In this document: positions 52,853 to 64,000 of the stretch, in pieces | Layout: every line of letters begins with the position of its first letter | Numbering within the stretch: the stretch's first letter is position 1 | Assembly (NCBI RefSeq): GCF_002105155.1 | Contig: NW_019029003.1 | Location: 1-64,000 of the forward strand | Length of the DNA stretch: 64,000 nucleotides | Source of the DNA: Lobosporangium transversale | Taxonomy: Eukaryota | Direction of reading: 5' to 3' | Made by a program: the position numbers and the translations under genes | Notes under the pieces: generated by a model | Databases searched by the model: none | Told to the model about the DNA's origin: nothing | Seen by the model: only the letters and a program-made list of their open reading frames with translations

Positions 52853-54350
52853 TCAACGTTAGAATGCATCTAGCACGGAACCCATCCATTTCCGACCTTA
52901 CTTGTATTTTGTATAGAAACGCAGTGTATTGTAGCGATGAACAAGGAGCAGTAAAGAGACCGATTTTTGCTTTGAGGATGCTTCCCTTTGTGTCGTCTTC
53001 CGGTTGTTGTAAATCTCGCCTAAATATTCCGATTTCAGAATATTTGCGTAAAAACCACCAGAGCCCCATCTTTCCATTGAGCTTGTGCGAGGCTGGCCTC
53101 TTTTATTGTAGCAGAAACTCTTTAACACCGACATCTCGGTTTTGAGTCATCTTTAATGAGTTTTCCCGTTTTTTTTGGGTCTTCCGGGATGTGTAGGTTA
53201 ACTGATGCGGATATCTAATGGGATGTGGGGGAACTTCATGAACTTGATCTTATCTCCCCGCTTCTGTTTTCTTAAATTGAACTCATGTGTGTTCAAGTTG
53301 AAAAGGATAGGAATGTAGCTATTACAGCGGTAGGATGCAGGTTCATCAAGCTCACCGTAGTTCTCGGCGAGGATTTTATACGAAAATCCAGTATTATTAT
53401 TGTTGTTAAGATCATGATTATTGAAGTCTTTAATAAGGAAAAGAGAAAAGCCCTTGTTCCTTGTCTTCAACAGCATTATCATGATTCGTCTTCAGTTGAG
53501 AGTACACAATATTTCGGTACAAGAAAATTGGCCCATGTCGGGAAAGTGGCATTGGATGCTTGCTATTGCTACTCTTGCGAGCGTTAATCTTGGCTTAGAA
53601 AGCTTGTTCTGATAAAGTCTTTTCTTCCAAACTTCCTTTGTGATTATCTGTTGGTCTCTCATGACCAAAACAGAAAAACACTGCAGGCTTTCATTTCTAA
53701 GGAAGACTCAGGACTTTCAATAGCATAACATGAAAGTCTTGCTTAATACCTTAGAGTGAATAAGATTATAGTGGATGCATTGTGCACTTTCATGTCCTCT
53801 GCTACATCTGTTTACAGCATCCAGCTTTTGAGCTGACGCCTTTTCTCTTGCTCTTGTTGTGTGTATTCTACCCATGGATGACAGGATCTATTGTTGCTGA
53901 CTGAATGAGGGTAGGATGGAATAAGTTGGATATAAATCTTGAAGGCAGTCCCAAACTTGTTAGGATCATCTTCGAGATTGATAAAAACCTGGTTCTGTCA
54001 ATCGCATTCGTATTGAGAAGCGTTGCAAAGCTTTGCAAAGGAAGCGGAGCAACATACATTTCGTTTTGTTGTGAGACAAGGCTAGAAATTAAAAGGCTCT
54101 ATTACTGGCAATGGTTCATAGAGAATCTTGTGCTGCACCAGGACTCCTGAAGTTCGAATCATGTATCTGCTGGTCTTTCCAACTCGATCTTTTTTATTCA
54201 CACTTTTGTATGATGAGCCCACGCTGTGCCAAAAGGGCCAAGTACATGTACTGTATAAAGGATGAGAAAAGTAAGTTTTTTTATATGAAGGCAAAGTCAA
54301 ATTGATTCAGGAACACACAGGTCTTATTACAACTCTATGAAGCTGGGACT
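52380..54350 (-). pseudogene. Heavily decayed gene relic, possibly Crinkler/REase-like family
   Basis: Several broken minus-strand frames with coding-like composition: YSEIG..PEDDTKGSILKAKIGLF, QVRSEMDGFRARC, and after a poly(A/T) tract MYFEIDTQGTYSLGQVEC. Many stops and frameshifts. The family assignment is a weak resemblance only. Confidence 0.3.
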
Positions 54351-56046
54351 TCCCGAACCTTGTAATATCTGGAATGAGGTAAAAAAAAAAAAAAAAAAAA
54401 AAAAGAGTAGGATCTAAATCTAAGATAGCCTTGGTTCTCTGTGTGGATAGAGACTTTCTTCAAAGAAGGAACGACAGTTATTTATCCTACGGATATAGAA
54501 ATGTAACATTCATTCACAACATATTGAAATGTGACGTTTGTGGAGGAGGAAGAAAGAAGTGGAGGGGAGGTGGGCTACAAAGATGGATAGATTAAAAAAA
54601 GGAGATGACATGCAGTTGCTGCAATGATAGACGCAGTCGTGAAAGAAGAGCAAAGTCTGTACAAATATATAATAGTGTTCATAGGTGAAGAAGTCTATCC
54701 TTGCAGGAGCTGCCATAAGCATGCCCACTCAGTCACTGGAGCAAACAAGGGATGGATAGTGAGCAAGTATAAAAATGATGCAGATTGAGAGAGAGGAAAG
54801 AAAGAGAGAGAGCAAAGTGTGTTGGGATGTCATTTTCCATTCATGACATCGTGTGCTTTATTGTTTCCGGCCCCTGCTCCATCCATCCTCCTGCTCCATT
54901 TTGCTCCATCATTCTGCTCCGTCCTCCTTTTTTTTTTTTTTTTTTTTTAATTTTGGCTCCTCTTGCTTGGCCCTAGTTGATCCTATAATTATCATCATTA
55001 TCATAATTGCTCCGGTGGTCGATACAAAAAAAAAAAAGAGGGGGAATGTTAAATCGATTATTAGACCATCACGAGCCCATTCCATCCGGGATCAAAACAC
55101 TGCAGGAACTAAAAAGTGTTGATCGTTGATCGTGGACCGAGATCATGATCATCATGGCCCACAGTTCTGCCCAGAAACTCTTTCTTCCGAGTCCCATTTA
55201 TTCATTCACTCGAATTGGCTCTATTTGATTTCAATATAATGCAATGTTATGCTATGCTATGCTATGCTATGCCATCTAATACACTTTGCTATGCTATTAC
55301 TTTACAAAGAGTGTATGAATGTGAAAAAAAAAAAGAAAGTCTCTTTTTTTTGCTTTTGTGTGGACATGTCATGTATATACTTTGCAAACTCGGCCTCTTT
55401 TTTTTTTTTTTTTTTTTTTTTTACAACAGAATGGATCCAAAATAGAACTACGGCGAGAGCCCTTTTATTTATTTTATTCAATTCTGTTCAGAGCCATTAG
55501 GTCTGCAAAAAAAAAAAAGTGGCTCGGGAAAAAAGGGACAGGAAAAAGACAAGCTTAGATTATTGAGTATTGACTAGACATGGTTCAATACATTCAAGGC
55601 TAGTGTGTTCATTAAGATATAAATGTTTGTTATTCAAATATGCGAAAGTATTGAACATGGTCCAAGATGAAAGAGGATGATGATGAATGAGCAAATGGAC
55701 AGACATCCCGCTTGACTTGTGCTCCAATTCCTCTTTTCTTCCTCTTCTCATTCTCATCCTTATCCTCATTCTTTTCTTTTTTTGTTTTTTTATTTCCTCA
55801 TTTATCTTTCTCCATGTGTCACCCCTTTTGTCGATTCACATACCGTTTCTAAAAAATAAAAATAAAAAAAACCTTCTTCATTAAACACATTTCTACCATT
55901 CTTTCCTACCACTTGCTTGGCCACCCCTACCTCACACGTTCCCTCTGGCCACTTTCTCTTTTCCTCTTTTTATCATGTTTCCCTAAGCCTGCACTCTATA
56001 CGCACGCACACACAACCAATTGACTGATTGTCATTAATATTATCCC

Positions 56047-56077
<31 letters not shown>

Positions 56078-56352
56078 CTCCAACTTCTTTGATCTCCCTT
56101 ATCTTTTTTTTTTTTTTTTATCATTTCATTTCGTTGGCAGAAGGAAAACGTTGTCCTATCTTGACCCAATCACTCTCTCTTCCTCCTCTCCTTCTTCCCT
56201 TCCTTCCCTTCCCTTCCCCCTCCCTTCCGTACCTTCAACCCTCTGTCTACCCATCTCACCCAAACTCTATACGACACTAACTCACGACACAACTCCCGCA
56301 CTCTCGTGCAAACACAAAACAAAATAAAACAAAAAAAACCTGACACAACAAT

Positions 56353-56576
56353 ATGCCACCGACAACACGGCGAGGCAATATGTTTGGGCCTTACCTTCTC
56401 CTTCAAACTCTAGGAGAAGGTGAATTCGCAAAGGTCAAACTAGGCATGCATGCTGATTCAGGAGAAGAGGTAAGCACATTCTTTTCATTCAAATAAACCA
56501 TTCCTCTCCACTCCCTCGCTACTCTCCCTTCCAGCGAGTCAGTGAAACTCGATCGATCAGCTCGATAACAGGGACA

Positions 56577-56615
<39 letters not shown>

Positions 56616-57111
56616 GCCGATATGTGGATGATCTTCTAAGGCTACACTCTTGTTAAGCATGTAAAGATGTTGACGAAAGGGGTGAAATGAAGCTAGGAAT
56701 AGGGAAGGGGTATGAGAATAAAGGAAGTGGAGACGGGAGCGGGGATCTAGAGAAAAAAAAAAAAATCCGATAAGACAAGCGGGAGCCATACTGCAGGCGC
56801 GATACCTTCCAGGCGTGGGACGCGTTTATTTTTTATTTTTTATTTTTTTATCATTTCTGTGCACTCCCATGGAGCGTCTTTTCATTTGGAGGATTGGAAG
56901 CATCAGGTCACAGGAGCACTCACTGTTTGCAAATGAAAATCCAGACTGTCCTCATGCTTGCTTTTTTGTTTATTTGTTTATGCCAATGCTCAGTTGCTGG
57001 ACATGCTTGAGGAGCACGTTGTTCCTCCAGATCCTACTGTTACTATATTCTATCTTCAACTGCAGAATGCATCGATTATGAAAAAGGAGGCGTTTGTATT
57101 GCATTCTTTAT

Positions 57112-57160
<49 letters not shown>

Positions 57161-57985
57161 CACCTTGAAGTCAAATGAACAACAAATGAGGATACCATTT
57201 GAATGATCAGAAGGGAAAAGAAAGAAAAGAAGGGGTGAGTGAATAGGCTGGCTCTTCGTTTTTGTTTTTCTCTAATCCCTGTGTAGGCGCATGGAGTCGT
57301 AAATATGTATATGCAGACCCTTTTCCTTGGTTCTCTTGAATGTTGACCCCCTTGAGGTAGCCCAGTTGGCTCGTCCAATAACTGCAACAGCTCTGCTCCA
57401 CATTCTGCTGTCTATCCTTTTTGCCCTGTTGAGTAAACAAGACAGAACGCAGGCAGGAGGTGCGCATATTCATGCGAATCCTTTGTTTGGGAGTCGTTTA
57501 TTTGTGTATGTGTATGTATGCATGGGCATGGCGTGTTTTTGTTTTGGAAATGTTGTGTTGCGCCTCATAAGCATTTTCGCTTATTGTAATCTCCTGTTGA
57601 ATGTTTGTGAGAGAAGTATAATCTTGCAGTATCTCAGGAGAAAATGAACACTCCTACATCTTTGGCTCGTTCCTGTTGGTATTGTTTGTGCCGCCTGATT
57701 GGCCTGTTGTTGATGCTGTTGTTGTCTGTGGCAGCCGGGTCGTCATTTCTCTTTTTCATGTTCTAGCAGTCTAGCCCCCCTTGAGCATCGCGTTATTTCG
57801 TGTTGATGTATCTGCATGTAACAGCATAATCAGTTGTGCTTTGAATGTGTTGTGCTCGCTCTTTTTATTTTTTCTCTTGCGACCTTCTTAATTGTTGTTA
57901 TGACTCTCATTTTAAGTCTGAGCCTGTCTGCTTCTCTTTGAGAAGACTTATCAACCGCGTATGTGAATAAAGCGAAGAGAAGAGA

Positions 57986-58022
<37 letters not shown>

Positions 58023-61000
58023 GGCGGATGCTCTATCAATGGATTGGCACAGCGCCATATTCCTTAGTGCTCCACGAGTAGACGGACAAAACTCTTAACT
58101 CATAGCCTATTAAGAAAGAGAGGGGAGATAGATGATGGCACACAGGAGACCCCCTTACTCTTTTAATATTCAAATATGAAAATGCGATCTCGGATGTCAG
58201 ACACAGACACAGTGCACTAACAAACGCACGGCCTCTCTCTTTCACTCTTTTTTTTTTTTTTTTTTTTTTTTTTCTTCTACATCTTTCAGGTCGCCATTAA
58301 GCTGATCAGGAGACAGTCCGTCGATAATACACCACGCATCAACAAAATTGGACGAGAGATTTCTGTTCTTCGAGTAAGCATCAACACAGCCGTGACACTA
58401 GACGTTTTAAAATGATGTGTGTAATGTTTTTCTTTGCAAAGACTCGCATTCATTCTTATGTGGTATCTTTATCCGTCATCACTCTCTTTTTAGACTATTC
58501 GGCATCCTAACATTATCTCACTGTTTGATGTGATCGAGACTGAGCGCTACATTGGCATTGTCATCGAATATGCTTCAGGTAGCGTTGCATAGCCGCATGT
58601 GGATACAGCTCATGATCTCATCTTGATTTTCAAAATGGATGGAGGATTTATAATCGACGCATTGCTATATAACAAAACTAGGTGGAGAGTTGTTTGACCA
58701 TATCCTTGCCCACCGATATTTAAAGGAACGAGATGCATGTCGATTGTTTGCACAGCTGATGAGCGGCGTTCACTATCTTCATTCTAAGCAAATTGTGCAT
58801 CGTGATCTCAAACTGGTATGAAATATTGTTACTTCGTGTGCCGTGGAAATATAAGGCTTTGTTTTTTTATTTTATAAAGTTTTTAGGTGCTGATGTGTCT
58901 CCGCCTACTTTATACGCTCGCTGTCATAGGAAAACTTGCTTCTTGACAGAAACCGCAATATCATGATCACAGACTTTGGATTTGCAAATCAATTTGACGG
59001 CTCAACTAGAGATCTTATGTCAACATCGTGTGGATCGCCGTGCTATGCGGCGCCTGAGCTCGTTATTAGTGATGGTCTTTATGTGGGTACTGGTGTTGAT
59101 ATTTGGAGCTGTGGTGTCATCTTGTATGCGATGCTGGCAGGATACCTCCCTTTTGATGACGATCCTTCCAATCCTGATGGTGACAACATCAATCAGCTTT
59201 ATAACTATATCTTGGCCACAACGCTTGTGTTTCCAGAATATATTTCGTCAGATGCCCGTGATTTGTTGAGGATGATGCTAGTGCCTGATCCAGCTAAGCG
59301 CTGCAACATGAGGAGGATTATGAGCCACCGTTGGCTACGCCCATATGCCCAAATGTTCCAATACAGTATTGAAGATCTAGAGGTAAAGCAAATTGACTTT
59401 TTCAAAGATAATTTTTGTAGAGATCGTATTCATCCGTCTAATTAATTCGTCTGACATCTGAACAGGCACAAGCCATTGCCAGGCTCAATGGCACGGTCTG
59501 GATCCCACCACGACAGGCTTGTGCTGTCGAAGCAGCAGCAACAGCAAAATTGCAGCTAGCCAATGCTGGTCCTCCAAGACCATCTGCAGACGAAATCATG
59601 CCAAGGCGTCATACTATTTGGATCGAGTCTGTTCCGGATGCGCCGACTTGGGAGACAGGTCGTCCGCTACTCAAACCAGAAGAAGAACCACCACGACAAC
59701 CTATCCCTACTCATTCAGAGACAGCTATGGATATCGATAGAGAGGTAGTTGTTCAAGAGCCAGTGGTGGATGTGCCTCAGCAGGACGAGACAATGGAGTA
59801 TGTCCAGCAACCCAGCGAGCCCATCGATATCGATCCAACACCAGAGCTACCTCAGGACCATGGAATGGACAGAAATACTATGATGGACAGTGATCATCAA
59901 CTTAACATCACGTCTGAACCATCGACTGGATCGCCCGTTTCTATGCATAGCAATGATGACCATCAGACCAGCAGTGAGATGATACCATCGCCTTCAACAG
60001 CTGCGTCGCTGATTGCGAAGTCTTCTGTATCTGATAACATCGCTGCTCAAAACCGCGAGGAGATTGCCATGAAACTTGAGGTTGCAGAGCGCCCCAAGAC
60101 ACCAGAGAGAGTTGCAGAGATGAAGGCGAAGCCTAGCATCGAAAGTACTGTTGACATGTCACCCACGGCCACTTTTTCGCGTCGTACTGGCCAACACTCT
60201 AGAATTCGACCTACCACCATCCATGGAGAGCCCATGACACAAAGTTATAATTATCCTACATCAGCTTCATCCAAATATCATGAGCCTCTCCCCACTCCCA
60301 AACCTCGTTCGAAACCATCACAGGAAAATGCTTTCCTCACTCCGCCCAAAGCTTTTCATCAATCACATTACCAACAGTCATCTTCCTTATTGCAGCCACC
60401 TGTTGACTCTACAAATATCCCACCTGTACCTGTACCTGTACCCGGTCAACCAGAGTCGAAGCCTGTAACACATTCATCTAGTATGCCACCACCACCTGTA
60501 CCAGTATCTCCTGTTCCGGACAAAGTTCAGCGGAAAGGAACATCGTCTCCTGGACGCCTCTTCGGCTTTTTGGGCAATCTCTCCAAGAAACATGGAGAAT
60601 CAAACACCAATACTGTGTCGTCGCCCAAGATTACTCAAGAGGCAACCATGAATGGCGACTCTCCAAATTCGAGCACTCCTGCCACTTCTCCGTCTTCTAA
60701 GAAGCCAGGCTCCATTAACCAGGTCTTTGGTCGCTATCAACATCATCAACAGGAAAAGGCGAGTCAAAAGGGTAAAAGACGCAAGACGCTCAGTCTTGTG
60801 GGAGGCGCGGATGAGCATCATCTTCAACAGATCCATGGCGGTACTCGACCGCCCATGCCTTCAGCGGAGGGGCTCGGCATTATGGCTGCCTCCTCGAGCT
60901 CAAACACCGCCCAGAGAATTATGGGATGGCTACGACGCAAGTCATTTGGTATGATATGCGAAATACTATAACACTTCTTCTTTTCACACAATTTATAGCT

Positions 61001-62322
61001 GCATAATTTGCATCAAGATGAATTAGCTTGAGTTAACAAGTTCCTCTATTATAATACTTATAGCCAAATCTGATAGACCTCAGTTCGACGGGCTGGAGCA
61101 ACAGTTGCCCCATATCAATGGCTCGTCACCTTCATCAATACCAACGCAGACCAATCGCATATCTCGTGCTGGATCTGTATCGCCTCAGGAGTTGGAAATG
61201 GCAGGCATGCTTCAGTCAGGAACATTGTTATCTGGTCGTATGTCACAATCTGGTACCAACGCAGTTATTGGCAATGCTTCTACAGCAGTTGAGGGTGGAA
61301 GAGATCCTGCATTGGAGGCCCTTCTTCATAGATTGCCTTCCAACTGGACCGATTCCAAGCTGAAATGGCACTCTGGAGCCGTTGAGATTTCTGCACTCTC
61401 ATCGCGTCATCCTGTTGAGATTATGTTTGAAATCAAAAATGTCATTCTTCGCCTTGGAATGGAATTTAGAGTTGACTCGGACTTCAAAATCAAGTGCGTG
61501 CGAAGAAGGAGAAATGCGGATAATACATCAGATAGTAAGACACATCACCATTCATCTTCACTTTACGGCACGACGCATGTTCCAGACGACAATGTGAGCG
61601 TCATGTCCAGCAATATGTCTGCTGGTGAGGCATGGACATCGGCTAGAGGCGCAGGTGGATCTGTTATCGGCGGCAAGAAGAAGGGAGGTATTAGAACGCT
61701 GCTCTGGCGTAACACTACATCTTTGAGCTTACCTTCATCTCCTCCACCTCCTGTTCCACCCCTGCCTTCATCCCCTCGTGCTCTGCCTCAGGTGATGAAT
61801 GGGTCTACACAGGGCCTATCCTCACCCCCTGTTACTGGTTCTACAGCAACCAAGGAGATTGACTCAGATCATGGTGTATGGGTCAGTTCAGGTACGCCTA
61901 CTGGACTGGGCATAACTGCAACGGCTGTCAACGGTAACAGCAACGGCAGTCATCAACAAGCATCTACACCAGCTACACCAATGACAACGATAGCAGCAGC
62001 AACGACAGCATCACAAGAGGGCGGAATTGCATCTCTTCCTAGTAGCTCAACCATTGCCACGACAATGGCTGCCAATGTTGGACCAGAACCTTTATATGGT
62101 GAAGAGTCGATCGACTCGGGTGAAGAAGTGCGATTCTCGATCGAAGTCTGCAGGATCAAGAACCTGCCAGGTATCTACTGCGTAGATATCCGTCGTATGA
62201 AGGGCAACCTATGGGCCTACAAGTTCCTCTATCATGCCGTCCTCAACACCCTTGATCTCAATAGCAAGGGGGGCTATATCCCTACACTTCCTGACAATTT
62301 GAAGGTCGTGCAAGCCCAGTAG
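56353..62322 (+). CDS. CAMKL-family Ser/Thr kinase, KIN4/Ppk1-like, with C-terminal KA1 domain
   Basis: Exons 56353-56469, 58290-58373, 58494-58578, 58682-58815, 58930-59382, 59466-60948 and 61064-62322. Motifs [72 protein letters not shown] (Kin4-type). KA1 region [35 protein letters not shown]. Confidence 0.95.
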
Positions 62323-62994
62323 AGAACAATATCTACTAGCAGTATCATCAAATATTGCAGCCTTATATACATGACCAAAAGCTCGCCAATTCATATTCCC
62401 GCAGAAAAAAAAAAAAAAAAAAAAAAAATATCTGGGTCTTTTTTCTATACCTTTCTTATGTTTCTGTCCTAATTCCCATTAATGTCAAATTTTTGTTCTG
62501 CAACTGTTTCTTTTCTTTTTTTCTTTCTTTCATACATGACTTTATTTTATTTTTTATTTTATTTTTTTCTATTTATTATATTTATTAATCATTATTCATG
62601 ACACTCAAAAGAGAAAAAAAATAATAACAATGCTAATAAATGCTGTGAAAAAATAAAAATTAAAAAAAAGTAATGGAATTCAAAGCTCTATTTGAAATTA
62701 TTGTGATACGAATATTGAATAAATTATTTGTAAATTTCATTCTGCTGATTGCATGTTAATTAAAATAATAATTAAAATAAATAAGTAAAATAATTAAATA
62801 AAGTAGATATCAGGGATATAAAGAGAGAGCATTGACACGCGCTCATTGACTCTCTGGAATGGAAATATAAAAAAGAAAAAGGGCATAATCTTCATGAGCG
62901 ACGCAGGAAGTATCTTTTTTTTTTTTTTTTTTTTTTTTTTTAGACTAGTGCCTTACGTGGGTTCGACCACATAACTTCGTTAATCATAATCATT

Positions 62995-64000
62995 CTAACG
63001 TCTCTTGGCGGGAGCGATGCCGATGGAGAGCCGTTCAAAGTCAAAGACACAGTAATTATTGCGGATAAAGACGTCGCCAAAGATCATGACATCTCCGGGA
63101 GTGGTAGTGACAGCGCTATAGCACCATCCAGGTTTGCGCATAACAGATTCTCTGATCAAGTCTTTTCTTCTGACAGAGAACGTGGTACCACCCATGGTAA
63201 AGTCGAGTGAACCCAAGGTTTGTTTTTTGACATCCTCACAAGGTAAGATCCAACCTTCCTGAGGATCGGAGGTTGCACCAATAGCCCTGTTGATTTCTTT
63301 GGCATATGGGATGGGGAAAACCAAGAGAGTGGTGCCAGTATCGATGATTGCCTCGCCATGAATATCAAGGTCTAGCCCATGAGCAACATTGTTAGCATTG
63401 TCGCCACGGTCATGGTGGACACTGATACTATCCACCTTGACCTGCCAATGCTTTGAATGGGTAACGGGCAAGTAAGTGAGGTTCCCGATGAAACGATCCG
63501 TGTCGATGGATCCAAAGATGAATTCGCCGTCGTTATCAGTATTATTCAGCCCTTTAATAGCAGGATCTTGTTGTTGTTGTTGTTGTTTTGATTGTCGATG
63601 TTCAGCGTCAGAGGAAGTAATGGAAGAAGAAGAAGAGCTACTATAGTCGTTGTCTGCTAGCCAAACTCCAAAGACGGGTGCAGCAATTAGCTCATGAGCC
63701 ATTAGGCCCTCCAAAACAGTGTTGCTGATTAATCCGGATCCGTTTTGTCTGTTGGTTAAATTAGTTTGAATTTCAAGTTTTTGTTGATGATCGATATGGA
63801 ACGTAGATAAGGTTGGGAATCCAAGACCAAAGACACCATCGACGACATCATCTAGGAAGCCAACAGACTCTCGATCAGCTAATCCGAAGAGTTGATTATG
63901 GATCGTGATATTCGAAAACTCAAGCCGATCAATCGCGAGCCGACCACTGGCAGAGGAGCCATCACCATATCTGATTTTCCAAGGAGCTTTGAGTTCGATA
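62995..64000 (-). CDS. Pepsin-like aspartic protease (family A1), 5' part outside the window
   Basis: Open frame from the window edge: WKIRYGDGSSASG (flap), DGVFGLGF, GEFIFGSID, HWQV, AIIDTGTTLL (second catalytic Asp), IFGDVFIRNNYCVFD. Confidence 0.93.
   Translation of the reverse strand, partial: IELKAPWKIRYGDGSSASGRLAIDRLEFSNITIHNQLFGLADRESVGFLDDVVDGVFGLGFPTLSTFHIDHQQKLEIQTNLTNRQNGSGLISNTVLEGLMAHELIAAPVFGVWLADNDYSSSSSSSITSSDAEHRQSKQQQQQQDPAIKGLNNTDNDGEFIFGSIDTDRFIGNLTYLPVTHSKHWQVKVDSISVHHDRGDNANNVAHGLDLDIHGEAIIDTGTTLLVFPIPYAKEINRAIGATSDPQEGWILPCEDVKKQTLGSLDFTMGGTTFSVRRKDLIRESVMRKPGWCYSAVTTTPGDVMIFGDVFIRNNYCVFDFERLSIGIAPAKRR

Overview
Eukaryotic, intron-rich fungal genomic DNA with GT-AG introns mostly about 90-200 nt long and very frequent 15-33 nt poly(A)/poly(T) runs. 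Gene content and style suggest an early-diverging fungus, probably Mortierellaceae/Mucoromycota (inference only). About 15 intact or window-truncated spliced genes can be reconstructed: a YPP1/TTC7-like TPR scaffold, eIF2-alpha, a Mn-type CDF transporter, RPL14, a PRM10/ThrE-like membrane protein, a secreted S1 protease, a mitochondrial TPR protein, an AVT3-like amino acid transporter, aspartate aminotransferase, HAP2/NF-YA, a class 3 lipase, a KIN4-like kinase with KA1 domain, a pepsin-like protease and three low-complexity orphans. There is also a decayed Tc1/mariner element with 167-bp inverted repeats, plus some gene relics. The most unusual signal is a secreted, intron-containing protease that closely follows bacterial lysyl endopeptidase (Achromobacter protease I type) motifs. 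It lies about 280 bp from the transposon end and is a horizontal-transfer candidate. Other highlights are a PTS2-like peroxisomal signal on its own first exon of the aspartate aminotransferase, a GC-AG intron in the lipase, and a cryptic poison 3' splice site in eIF2-alpha. No tRNA, rRNA or CRISPR features were seen. All product calls come from motif recognition by eye, not database searches.
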